A stretch of 64,000 nucleotides of DNA from Octopus sinensis. Lineage: Eukaryota. Below are positions 14,140 to 27,272 of this stretch, in pieces; the stretch's first letter is position 1, and every line of letters begins with the position of its first letter. Both the position numbers and the translations under genes were made by a program. Under the pieces are notes generated by a model. That model saw nothing but the letters and a program-made list of their open reading frames with translations. It did no database searches and had not been told where the DNA came from. The stretch spans positions 30,628,001 to 30,692,000 of the forward strand of contig NC_042999.1 of assembly GCF_006345805.1 (NCBI RefSeq), given 5' to 3'.

Positions 14140-14500
14140 ACAAAAGCAGTGCTTGAAGAATTAAATCATTTTCAACACATTCTCCTTGAGCTCCAGGTAA
14201 TTTTTAAAGTGCCGGTGGCTAAAAGCTTGCTTATTCCATTGGAAAAAAGCTTCTCCGTTCGTTCCGTCGGCATGTATGTAACGCTTTCTTCTCTTCTTCC
14301 TCTGTAGCAAGTCCCCACCATCTTGTAAAGAATAGCTACGTGGTCCAGAGAACTGATAACTGGAAGGAATCTGATCAGGAGATTATACAGAGTGATCCAG
14401 CAACTCGAAACCCAATTTTTCAATAGTGTCGAAGATGTGGACAGCCGTTAGTGTGTCTCCATTATCGCTAAAAATAATAGTTGATTTGGCAATATATCTT
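14140..14500 (-). mobile_element. Degenerate mariner transposase C-terminus
   Basis: Minus translation TAVHIFDTIEKLGFELLDHSV*SPDQIPSSYQ resembles HPPYSPDLAPSDY; also FSNGISKL and a terminal GECVEK-like end. Confidence 0.7.
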
Positions 14501-14619
14501 GTCGGCTACTGAAAAGTGCTAGTTTCCATTTCTTGGCCCACATTTCACTTTCACCTACATGATTTCTATGATATACTCTATTGCTTCCCCAAACCTGGTT
14601 AGTATCACTTTTTCTGTGA

Positions 14620-15268
14620 AAGGCTGTCTTGAATTCCTTTTCCGTTAGCTATTCGGGGTGTTTCCGTTCCATGCTGAGTCTAGATTAGTAAAGGAGTGCC
14701 TATAGAGCTTATCGCGAAACAGTAGCGCTTCTCGATAGCACTACCAGGCCAGGGATCTCTGGAAGTTGTCCATAGGTCCCGGCCAGAAAATCGTCTTGAA
14801 CAGACAGCCAGGTATTCCTCGTCGACGCCCAGGTTCACCCAGAGATCATCGTCGTACCTCTACTATAATAATCCCCTATAGACTGCTATTTTGGTGGTGC
14901 AGTCGTTCAAGGTTGACCTGCGTCGGCAGTGTTGCTAGACTGCAACGCGACACTCGCGGTGCCATTCGCCCTTCTTCGGCTTCTTTTTCATCCACGATTG
15001 AAGTTCGGTGATGGAGACGATGTGCGGAAAAGCGTGTCTCACAAACGGCGACCACACCTGCTCACCGTCGTCTACGCATGTCTGCGCATCATCAACCACT
15101 CCAAGCCTTGTCCTCCTTTTAGTGGGTGTTGGCAGCGAACGGATCACCTATCCACAAGAAGCAGAGAGGATGCGTTCCAATTTGGTGGTGGTAGGATCGG
15201 GACAAGGCACTACGGTCAGACGGTAGTAGATGACGGACGCGATGGACTCGTTCGCGACCTTCACCCGA
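14620..15268 (-). mobile_element. L1/Tx1-type LINE ORF2 fragment (post-RT region)
   Basis: VANESIASVIYYRLTVVPCP...LERIL; CQHPLKGG-GLEWL (GGLG-like); DNFQRSLAW*CYREALLFRDKLYRH. Confidence 0.75.
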
Positions 15269-15500
15269 TAGATAGATAGATAGATAAATAAAAACACGTA
15301 TATATATACAGAAATATTTAAATCCATGCAGAAACACATACATACGTACATACATACATACATACATACATACATACATGCATATATACATACATACATA
15401 CATGCATACATACATACATACATACATACATACATACATACATACATACATACATACATACATACTCACACACACACATACATACAAACATATATACATA
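15269..15500. repeat. (GATA)n then long (TACA)n microsatellite
   Basis: Direct reading. Confidence 0.95.
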
Positions 15501-15994
15501 AATATAGAGTTGAATTTATATGAGTGACTTTTCTTTGTTCCTTTAAGTGACGTAGATGTAAAATTGTAAAGTTCAGTATCTTAAATCACAATTTACCTTC
15601 ACTGATTTAATCTCTTGCTTTGATAATCAAACAATTTATTGCCTCGATGTATTTGCTACTATTTCTATAGCAATATTCGTATACATGCGTGAGTGAGTGA
15701 ATAATCACCTAATTGTGTGTGTACGTGATCATATAGCGTTTTAAAAAGAGGGTTATGTGTGGGCATTATCTTTATAATCAGTGTCTAATCTTACACATGT
15801 ATGAGTTCCTTCCATCTTATCTGGAACTGTGATTTCGTTGATTCATCATCAGTTTCTCAATCGCCATACTGAAATATTCAGCTTCATCTGACTTTTCTTG
15901 TAGTATTCACGGCAAATGCAAGTAGAAACATATGATTTAGAAATGACAGCGAAAGTTTTAATTTATAATTGCTCAATGTAGGTACTTATCACTC

Positions 15995-16330
<336 letters not shown>

Positions 16331-16559
16331 ATCTATTCATGTGTCTGTCTATCTGTCTGTCAGACTGCCCGTCTCCTGTCTGTCAGTCTCTCTCTGTGTA
16401 TACATATGTGTGCGTTAATGTGGGTGTGTGTGTGAGAGTGTGTGTGTGTGTCAAGTAATATTTCATACATAATCTAATGTTGATAGCCGCGGTATTTTAG
16501 TATTGGCAAATGTGATTCGCATATATGTGTGTGGGTGCGTATGTGTGTGTGTATTACAG

Positions 16560-17560
16560 TCTTCGGCTACCCGTCGCAGATTGGCATTGACTCTTCTGTT
16601 CAGAAATTATCTCTGACTAACTTGCATGTGTGGTCTTACTTCTGCTCTTGATCTGCAGTGGATAAGTAATACCTCACATGTGGCTCTTACATGTTTTCAG
16701 TACTCCTCTTCTATGACTGAATTTACAAGCTTCAGCTTTTGGTTTCCTATGCGCACCGCAAGGCTTCCCCACCAACTTATGTGATGGATTTCCAGTATTC
16801 TTATGTCTCTTCAGTAAATACCAGCATCACAAACTCTGGTTACCACGATTCCTCCTGCTCTGATACCGTTCAACTTCAAAAGTTACCCTTGGGAACCTCT
16901 GCTCTCCAATGAGCAAACACATCTTGCCCAGCACAGTCGTGATGAAGTAACGAGAAACTACACACGGCACCAGGAGCATACTGGAATTCTACATCAGGAA
17001 TGCAATTCTGTCATCTGATATGTAAAATGAGAAGCAGATGCACAGCAACTGGGCTCCCGCCAGGGCGTCCGTATGCCTATGGTACAGGAACATGCATTTC
17101 CTGGATTAGAAGCAGCAAGGGAGCACTGCAGCACTCTACACCTACGTACTGTGGATAATTTCTTGACTACTCCATAGACACTACTCGAGATTGTCAAAGA
17201 CATTTTTGCAGACACTTTGAGGTTAGAAATATTAATGCAATTCACGGCACTTCCGAGATAGGTAAAGTTTCGGCGTATTTTAGCACTCGGTATGCTGTTA
17301 TTGGTTCAGGCTCTCTCAATCTATTGCGACACCTTGGTTGAAGTTGGTGGAGCAGCTCAATCTTCCAAATGTTGATCTTTACAAAAACATGACTGCGGGA
17401 CAAGATAACTGGTACAAAATGTGTTGCGTATTCTCTATGCAGCTGGCCTCGTTTTGGCTTCGTCTCTCAACCACATTGCTTCTCTAGGCCTTCATGAGTA
17501 CAATGAGTATTGACGAGGCTAGGGCTGCCAAGCCGTAGCGGTTCTGTTCGTAGTTGAGGG
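16560..17560 (-). mobile_element. Old RTE-type LINE 3' fragment
   Basis: Minus frames give NFTYLGSAV, GAHRKPKLK and a terminal TCEVLLIHCRSRAEVRPHMQ resembling the RTE CxxC...SRxGLxSH motif. Many stops. Confidence 0.55.
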
Positions 17561-18342
17561 TAACCATCTCAGGGTACCCGTCTTCCTGTTGAACACAATA
17601 TCCTACAAGACATCTATTTAAGACTCTTCCGTCTTGTCACTTATCCAACTTTCAACTACAGACGTCACAAACATAACCCTAGCAGGTGAGGCTTAGGAGT
17701 TACTAGCACTAGTGTATGTACCACCCCACCCTAGCCTATATATAAAAGTCAAACCGTCCATTTTCCGGATTTCACGTCAGTACATCTTAAAGTCTGGCAT
17801 GCGGTTATCATAACTGACATCAACATTCTCTCACTCACATACACGTGAACAAACATTTCTGGACTATTTTTAAGACTAGCTTTCCCACTTCTCCACTCAC
17901 ACATCACCCGTATTCCGCTCCTACCCCATTCCATATTCCACTGAACACCATTTAACGCATACATCATGTTGACACTAGTTCATCCCAAATAAAGGAGAAT
18001 TGCACAAAAATATCCTGTCGTTGGATCTACCCGCGATATCTTTCTTTTCGGTCGTTTTATGACAAGCATACGCTGGATGTAATAATTTCTGATATCCGAA
18101 GACAAAGAGCCATCACCATTCTTTTGCCCATGTGATTGATGCTGGGATTGATTTCAAAGCACTTGTCAATAAAACTAATTGCTTAATTAAGCTGAAATGG
18201 ATTCATAATACGGTATGCTTTTATCAATTTGTATGTGTATGCCTCTCTATCTCAGTCTGTTACGCGCGCGTGAGAGAGAGTATTTGTGTGAGCGTGTATT
18301 TATATGCGCATACGTGTGCGCAAGTCTGTCTGATTGTATATA

Positions 18343-18560
18343 TACTCTCTTTACTCTCGTCTATTTGTTTCAGTCATTTGACTGCGGCCATGCTGGAGCA
18401 CCGCCTTTAGTCGAGCAAATTGACCCCGGGACTTATTATTTGTAAGCCCAGTACTTATTCTATAGGTCTCTTTTGCCGAACCGCTAAGTGACGGGGACGT
18501 AAACACACCAGCATCGGTTGTCAAGCAATGCTAGGGGGACAAACACAGACACACAAACAT

Positions 18561-18612
<52 letters not shown>

Positions 18613-18787
18613 TATACATATACACGACAGGCTTCTTTTAGTTTCCGTCTACCAAATCCACTCACAAGGCTTTGGTGGGCCCGCGGCTATAGCAGAAGAC
18701 ACTTGCCCAAGATTCCACGCAGTGGGACTGAACCCGGAACCATGTGGTTGGTTAGCAAGCTATTTACCACACAGTCACTTCTGCGCC
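18343..18787 (-). mobile_element. SINE family 2 (OK-like), well-preserved full-length copy
   Basis: Head, (TA)n linker and GGCGGTGCTCCAGCATGGCCGCAGTCAAATGACTGAAACAA tail all present. Confidence 0.93.
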
Positions 18788-18843
<56 letters not shown>

Positions 18844-19209
18844 ATGAAATCTCTACATATAGGTGTAATGTAATAAATTCTAGAGAGGAACAAATTTTGA
18901 GATACTTCCACATGAGGAAATTCACATTTGCCCAGAATAAATGAATAGTAAACAGTTAAAGAACAGAATGTTTTGAAATAACGGACTAAAAGACAACTTG
19001 AATGACAACTTGAATTGAAAATATTTCGCGTCTAACGTAACGAACAATTCTACATCATGCAACACAGAGTAGATAAAAGAGTTAAACACCTAGATGGAAG
19101 GATATTAAGTAAAGACCATAAAGAAACTACACCGGTATTATAGTACGGTTACCATTGCATCGGTTGCAAATCGGTGCAGTTATAACATGTGTAGGTCTCT
19201 GTAAAGCTG

Positions 19210-19273
<64 letters not shown>

Positions 19274-19325
19274 TTAAAGCGAATGCTATGCCACTTCCTA
19301 ATAATCCATATAATTATTATTGTTG

Positions 19326-19360
<35 letters not shown>

Positions 19361-19377
19361 TTTCGTTTACCCAATAA

Positions 19378-20700
19378 AGTTTAAAGGGGTTCATTAAAGA
19401 TTTCTTCTGACCCAAGGGGATAAACGAAACTTGGCATGATTGTCAGTCCTTTTCTACATAGTCACCACCATTGGTAACGCACCTCTCCATCGCTTTATGC
19501 AACTGTGAAAACCGTGTCTATAGACCTCGGTAGGTTGCATTTGGAGCCAACACATTACCTCGGAAATAAGCGCATATTCATCCCAAAAGTGTCTCCCTTT
19601 CAAAAAACACTTCACATTTGGAATGAGGTGGAAATCAGAAGGTGTAAGGTCGGGAGAGAAAAAGGAATGAGGAAGGATTTCATAGCTGCAGGAGGCTACA
19701 TTCAACTGAGCAACATGTGGTTTGTGTACAGGGGCGTTGCTATGGAGGAGGCAGGCTCATTTGGTCAGCATGCCACGCTTCTTTGCTTTGATGGCCTCCC
19801 GCAATTAGTGCAGCAGAGAAGCATAATATGCCCCGTTATCTCTGATGCCCATTGGCAGAAAATCCATCATCTCTACTCCGCACTGTCTTCACTACTCCGA
19901 GGTGAGTTTCGCGAATTTAAGTAGTAGACTGTGAGCATCACCTTGCCTGATGAGGGTTACACACGAGCCTTTTTTTGGCTGTGGTGAGTAATCATGCTTC
20001 GATTGCTTCAACTGCACTTTAGACTCAGGAGCATAGTGATGGACCCACGTATCATCTTGTGTGATGCGTTTGCCGAAAAATTATTCCTCATATTCTTGGC
20101 ACATTGCCAAAACAGCCTGGAAACAAATGGCTCGTTCCTGCTTCTGAAAGGTTGTGAGTATTTGTGGAATCCATCGTGCAGACAACTTCCGCAAATGGTC
20201 TTGAATGATTTGTTCCCCTTATCTTCGATTCTTGGGTTACTTCCCGAATAGCTAGACGGTGATCCGGCGCCTAAGACGGCAGTGTTCAAGTTAAGGATGA
20301 TGTCGTCAGCAATGGCGGAATGTGGTCGTCCAGGAATAGGAGAAATTTCCATCAATGCTTGACGACATTTGAACTGGCGATGCTACTGACTGACCATATC
20401 GTATAATGGTGGATCGTCACCATAAACTTCTTTCATCTGATCGAAGGTCTCTTATGGAGTACAACCTTTCAAGTATGATAACCCGATCACTGATCTTCAT
20501 TTATCTACATGAGCCGTAAAACGCAAATGAATGTTAGTGGGAAGCAGCTATTTACAATGAGATATAAAGAGACATGTAGAATCACAACTGTACAAGTTCC
20601 TTTTCCTTCAATACACAGAACGTGCCATGGTAAATGGTTGATGTACATTTCTCGTGTGTTACTGCTGCTTCCATTTCAGTCGCGGGTCATTCTAACACAA
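19378..20700 (-). mobile_element. Mariner transposon remnant (transposase pseudogene)
   Basis: PIPGRPHSA; RITQDDTWVHHYAPESK; SSGKVMLTV; LHSNAPVH; PHSFFSPDLTPSDFHL. Stops and frameshifts. Only one candidate TIR (about 19380-19410) seen, so boundaries are approximate. Confidence 0.9.
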
Positions 20701-20883
20701 GAAAGCTAAAAAACAGCCACGTGGATCCCGTTGATAACAGCAAGAAAAAATAATGAACTTCTTTACTACACTCAACTTGAAATTTATAGCTATTATACCT
20801 ACTACCGACAAAACACCACCACATGGATTCTATTGAGACCAGTAAGAAACAATCATGAACTTTTCTATTACACTTTACTTTTT

Positions 20884-21076
20884 AAAATATTTTTGATACG
20901 GTTCGTTTTTTCAAGAACCGAAACATGTAAAATTCAAAAGAAAATTAAAATTGAAATAATGTGGTCGCGTTTTCAAACTTCTTTTTTACGGCTTATAAAC
21001 ACCTTCCACGCTGCAATTGTTTTCGTTTCAGCACACGATCTCAGATCAAATTACTTGCTATGCGAGTACATCTCCG

Positions 21077-21079
<3 letters not shown>
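20884..21079 (+). mobile_element. Short (TA)n-abutting repeat with degenerate hammerhead-like motif
   Basis: tgat-ac GGTTC...GAACC GAAACATGT A; about 140 nt later it joins (TA)n. Confidence 0.4.
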
Positions 21080-21123
<44 letters not shown>

Positions 21124-21709
21124 ACAGAAGTGGATGGATTACAATTATCCCACGTGGTGAGCTGTAACATATATATAAGAAATTAAAGAACGAAAATGCT
21201 CACACTTTACATAGTTTTAATATGTTTTTTTTAAATATATTTTATATTGTGTTTGTCAACCGGATTCGTTTTCGCTAATCCTGTCTTTAAAATTATTTTA
21301 ATTGCATATTTTCCTGGACAAAATAGTTTTCTTAAGAAACTACGTCATTAAAATAATTTTAATGTCATGATTTAGCTTACGTGAAATCAGTTGGCAAACA
21401 TAGTATAATTTATATTTAAAAATATATTAAAATTATACACCATGCAAGTGTGTGGATCTTCCTTCCTTAATTTCTCATATATATAAAAATTGTGAGCGCG
21501 GCAAATACTCAATGTTATGGTTAAAGGTGCGAAACTGAACAGAACTGGTTTGTCGATAACTGATGAAGAATTACGGCCTTTTGTTTATATCGCATACGTT
21601 TTTACATTCATTACAGGTTACGTCGTTTGTTTATATTTTTTTCAAATTTATCAAATAATGGAACGCAGCACACACACACACACAGAATTTATATATATAT
21701 ATATATATA

Positions 21710-21755
<46 letters not shown>

Positions 21756-21765
<10 letters not shown>

Positions 21766-21914
21766 TATTTGAGACAAAACCACTATTTTGCAAAACAAAC
21801 AAGGAAAGACTTAATCAATACATAAAATTTAATATTTATTAAATTTTATGTATTGATTAAGTCTTCCTTGTTTGTTTTGCAAAATAGTGGTTTTGTCTCA
21901 AATAATATTTTATA
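21756..21914. repeat. Near-perfect palindrome (79/78-nt arms, 2-nt spacer)
   Basis: The arms are exact reverse complements except for one indel (aaggaaagactt vs aaggaagactt). Confidence 0.95.
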
Positions 21915-22559
21915 ATATTTTACTATAAAATTGGATTTAATCCTAAATCTGATTTCCAAATTTGGATATATTCCCTAACTCTATAAAAGAGTTTCCATTT
22001 GATCTGCTCCAAAAGTCCATTGGGTGCATGCAGCTGCCTGTCTTTGAAGTAATTGTTAAAAGTGGTGGTCAAATACACAGTTGTCGATGTATTGCATGGT
22101 GATATTTTAAAAATATATCATAATTGCATCATTTGCGCAACATTATTCAACATGAGGTTATAGTTTTGAACAGGGAGTTTCTGGTTCTGTACATTTTCTT
22201 GAATTATTATTTAACTTATTTTGGGATTTCAATGAATTTGAATATCGCAATGCCTTCTTCTATTCAATTTCCTTATCCAGAGATGAGTTTCATGAACTTG
22301 GGTAGTAGAATTAGCCAGAAAAAAAGCAGATAGTGCTCTGGATTTATAATTATGAAGAGTAATTTATTTATACATACTTACGTACATACACAAATACAAA
22401 TATATGTACATATACAACAAGTTTCCATACACCGTTCACATACAACTTTTCCCGACATTTCACCTGTCGGTTTGTTGTTTTAGTAGAAGATACCTGCCAG
22501 AGATATTGCTTGTTTATGAAGCGAACTTCTTCATGCACAAAAGAGATACATATATACAT

Positions 22560-22629
<70 letters not shown>

Positions 22630-22655
22630 ATATATATATATATATATATATATAT

Positions 22656-22710
<55 letters not shown>

Positions 22711-23634
22711 AAAGAGAGAGAGTGGGAGAGAGAGAGAGATATATTTTATGCATATAATTGTGTTTCTATATAGGCCTATATAAACACTGTCTGTCTTTTT
22801 CAGATTGTATCACTTAAAGGGCAGACATATAATTTGGTATACATATATTAGTTAATGTATATATTGATGCAAGTAGGTAAAAATATGTATTGATACGTTG
22901 CAGAATTTAATTTTGATAGCACCTCTAGAAGGTATCACAACGGGTCATTTTGTTTCTCCGTTCCCAAATGTAGCTACGAAGGGAACGCAATGCATTATTT
23001 ATAGCTTGGTCTCGAAACGAATGGCTCTGTATATTATATGTAATCATAAATCAGTTGACTATTAAACATACACGAATGTTACTATTCCAAGAACTTCAAA
23101 GTAAACATATATATAAATGACGTATACACATATAAAGCAACACACAAAGGCACAATAAAACAAACACACATAAACCGATATGTGTGTATGTGTGTGTGCA
23201 CGCGTATGCGTATTTGTGTATCTCGAATTGCATGTCTGCCCTGAAGTGACACAATCTCGAAAATAAGGACAGCGTTTATATGAGAGAAAGCTCAGTTCGT
23301 CACATACAATTCAGTAAGAAGTATTGATACCAAGAACCTGGATATAAAGGCGTACACTTAGCATGGGTGTAGTATAGTGACGGATGCTATGACAAAATGG
23401 AATCACAAGCATTCACATAAATCAGCATATACACATACTCGTGAGTAATTTGAGGGATTAGGTGTAAGTATTCATATATCTAGAGAAAAACTACCTGTAT
23501 AACTGTCTATTCAACGGTATATCTACGGTAATACATATTCTAAAATTTGAACGATGAAGAGAAGACTTGCATGATACCTGCACAAGGATGACATGGAAAT
23601 ACATAGATGTATATATATATATATATATATATAT

Positions 23635-23900
23635 TGTTATATTTCGGAATGGTCATATTGCCAGTTTAGCCAATAAAAACACACGCACTATATATTTTGT
23701 GTTATTTATTTTTTACATTAATCTTAATCTTATTTCGGCCAGAGTTCTTTCGTCACACTCCTGTGACCGCATCAGTGGTTCTTTGTTTTCTTCTTTCTTA
23801 TTTGTGTCTCTCCTTACTAACCGTCAGCCATTTTGTATTTCTATTGTATGTCTTCATTTGCGCATGCTTATATCTCTATGTGTGTCTATGTTTATTTAGT
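23635..23900 (-). mobile_element. Short (TA)n-abutting repeat with hammerhead-like motif (23739-23778)
   Basis: Minus: CCA-CUGAUGC-G-GUCACA(GGAG)UGUGAC-GAA-AGAACU-C-UGG; the end joins (TA)n about 105 nt downstream. Confidence 0.5.
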
Positions 23901-25075
23901 GTGTGTGTGGGGGGATGCCTGTAATATTTGTATCTTCTGTTTATATATGTTCATGTAATTTGTATTTTGTTGTTGTTGTTTTTGTTTATTCTCATTTTGT
24001 TCATGTGTTTACATCCACTTATTATTATCATTACATATGCTTGTATGTATGCGAAGAAACTACTTTCTTGGGACTTACATATATGGATCAAAATTCGTTG
24101 GCTCTCCAAGTTTCAAACTTGATGCTTTTGTTTAGCCATTTTGAATTTCAGTAACACAATGAGATAAGTTGAATGTGATAACCGCAGGGTGGGCTGTGAT
24201 TGGTTGAATAAAGTCCCGCTGTGTCGTGGTTTGATGTTGGTATATTAGCGACAACAGTTACTTGGAAAATACCGCACGGTGAACAAGAAATCCACCGCGT
24301 TATGGACAGGTAAACAACCGCGTGGTGGACAGGAAATCGGACGCGTTGTTGGAGAGGAAGCAGGAATGGGAGGCATGCGCAAGGTATGTGGACGCGCTCA
24401 TATGGTTTCGGGCACGTTTGCATTGATGCGAGTGTGCGCTCCTATACAATGTCGCGTACGCACACTCTCCCACCACATATATGAACGAACATTAGAGTGC
24501 ACACATATACATTCATTTCAATACACCCACATTCATACACATGTACACACACGCACACACGCATGATATTCATTTATATCTACATATCTTTATATGCATG
24601 CATATATGCATGCATATACGCATGAATTTTAGTGTGCAAGCTTGCATGATTGCACACCTGCATACTCGTGCGGCATGCATGCATGACTATACATGCGCAT
24701 AACAAGCGTTGAGGATTGGTAATTGCTGGTCCTGCTCATGGGGGTCTTTGGTGAAGGTGACCTTGGTGCAGAGAGTGCAGAGGAGCAGTTGCCGGATGTT
24801 GGAAGCCTGCAGTTAGCCAGAAGGGGATACTTCTGATGACATAAATAAGGTAAATCTCTTTTCGTATCGACGGCTACAGCAGATTGTTGGAGGACAGGCA
24901 GTTTTCGTGGAGGCAAAGCTGACACTTGACTTGGGGGCACCGATGATGACGCTCTCTAGACAATAGTCCATATAATTTAGATATATATATACATGCATAA
25001 AAACACACACACATATATATACGCATATATTTGTGCGTGTGTTTTTGTGCGTACCTTTGTGGGAATATGTGTGTG

Positions 25076-25111
<36 letters not shown>

Positions 25112-25524
25112 TTCATAATGTCATACGTGTATATATGCGCATGCATGTGTATTTGACTGCGTACATATATTTTTGTATCAACGTACGTAGCTAATTCGTA
25201 TATTTAGAGACCACGTGCATATATTCAGGGTGCGTTCAAGCGCCGTGTATGTACAATAATGAAACATTTTTCTGTTTCATCTTAGTATATACGTATATGT
25301 AAATGTGTAGATATCTATATTTGGGTTTATGTTTGAATGTTATTTTAGTGTGATTAAGTATAAACCTTTTGAACGTATTATTGATCTATTTTTTGGAAAA
25401 CAAGTTGAGAATAAAAATATCCAATCAATAATTTACAAAATCTCTCAGACATTTCCTTTATATACATACAAACATACATACATACATATACAGTATATAT
25501 ATACATGTATTATGCATATATATA

Positions 25525-25629
<105 letters not shown>

Positions 25630-26019
25630 CATAACTAGATATGTGTTTATATATATGTCAGTATGCATCTGTGCGTAAGAATGATTCATTTGAATATTTA
25701 AACACATTTCTAATATTGCTTACTCTATATAGGCTTAGGTAATTTTTTAGGCTGTTTACTTTCAATATTACGTACGCACATACAAGAACACGTATAAATG
25801 CGTATCCCTGCTACATACATACACACACATATACACGTAGACACAGATAAATATATGTATACATATATACATACATGCATACATACAAATATACATGAAT
25901 ATAAGTACGTATGTGTGTGAGTGCTTGTAAGCGTATATATACAAAAATGTTTGTATGTCTACGTCTAAATGTGTGTCCATCTCTCTCTTCCTCTCTGTCT
26001 CTCGTTCTCTCTCTGTGTA

Positions 26020-26064
<45 letters not shown>

Positions 26065-26153
26065 TAGATAGATAGACATATACGCATATTTATACATACA
26101 TATACATATATATGTAACTATATGTATATGTATGCCTATATGTATTTATTTTC

Positions 26154-26244
<91 letters not shown>

Positions 26245-26739
26245 GCATATGTAAATATATTGCATTTTTTATCGTTGAGGATTGTCTGGAATCGAAGAAT
26301 TAAAGTCTTTATTCAAGTCTTCTGCCATACTTTATATTTTCTAAGACTGTATGGAGATATTTCTCTAATATTGATTTTTTAATTTTTTTTAGATCGATAT
26401 TTTCCTAAGTGGTGGGGTACGATAATTGCAAATGACTTTCGATATGTTGCCATTCTGTGGACTCTGGAAGTACAAGAAATAACTACCAGGTTTATTTTTT
26501 CGTATTCATGTCATAACCTATTCTATATAGGGGGACGAAATTTATAATTGCAAACCTCTTATATATATAATGTATCTTGATGAGATCTGAAAGGTGAGGC
26601 AAAAATTTGTCTCAAACATAAAGACAGCATTGACATAGTTTATATGTGCGTGTGTGTGTATGTTTGTGCGTGTGTAATAATTGCCATGTGAAGAAATCGG
26701 AGTATCCACATTGGTGCTTTCAAATTTTGACACCAGGCC

Positions 26740-26880
26740 AGTAAGGTCGGGGTACGGGGTGAGTCGATTATATCGATACCAGTGCTTATCCGGAATTTGT
26801 TTTATCGACTCGGAAAGAATGAAAAGCGAAGTTGACCTCGGTGGAATATTGAGCTTAGAATGTGATCGGACTGGAGAATA
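26740..26880 (-). mobile_element. Degenerate SINE family 1-related fragment
   Basis: gtcgattatatcga...ttttatcgactcggaaagaatgaaaagcgaagttgacctcgg. Confidence 0.7.
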
Positions 26881-27057
26881 TTAGACTTCATGATATTATT
26901 GCTTAACCAATTAGTGTCTAAATGAAAATACATATCAGTCTAGGATATGTGGTTGAGAAGATTAATTTGTTTTCGTTGCGCACTAAAATCGCTCTCGAGG
27001 TATATTTTCCATCTTCATAATTCTGGCCATGAGATTTCAGTGAACCAATTATATACC

Positions 27058-27272
27058 TATTTCTTTACTACCCACAAGGGGCTAAACAAAGAGAGGACAA
27101 ACAAGGACGGACAAACAGATTAAGTCGATCATATCGACCCTAGTGCGTAACTGGTACTTATTTAATCGACCTCGAAAGGATGAAAGGCAAAGTCGACCTC
27201 GGCGGAATTTGAACTCAGAACGTAGCGACAGATGAAATACTGATGTGCTAACGATTCTGCCAGCTCGCCGCC
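27058..27272 (-). mobile_element. SINE family 1 with 20-bp TSD
   Basis: CAGTGAACCAATTATATACC at 27038-27057 and 27276-27295. Confidence 0.93.

Noticed and set aside
24700-24960. GC-balanced block resembling a LINE ORF1 zinc knuckle
   Set aside because: Cys/His spacing is not preserved; unassignable by eye.
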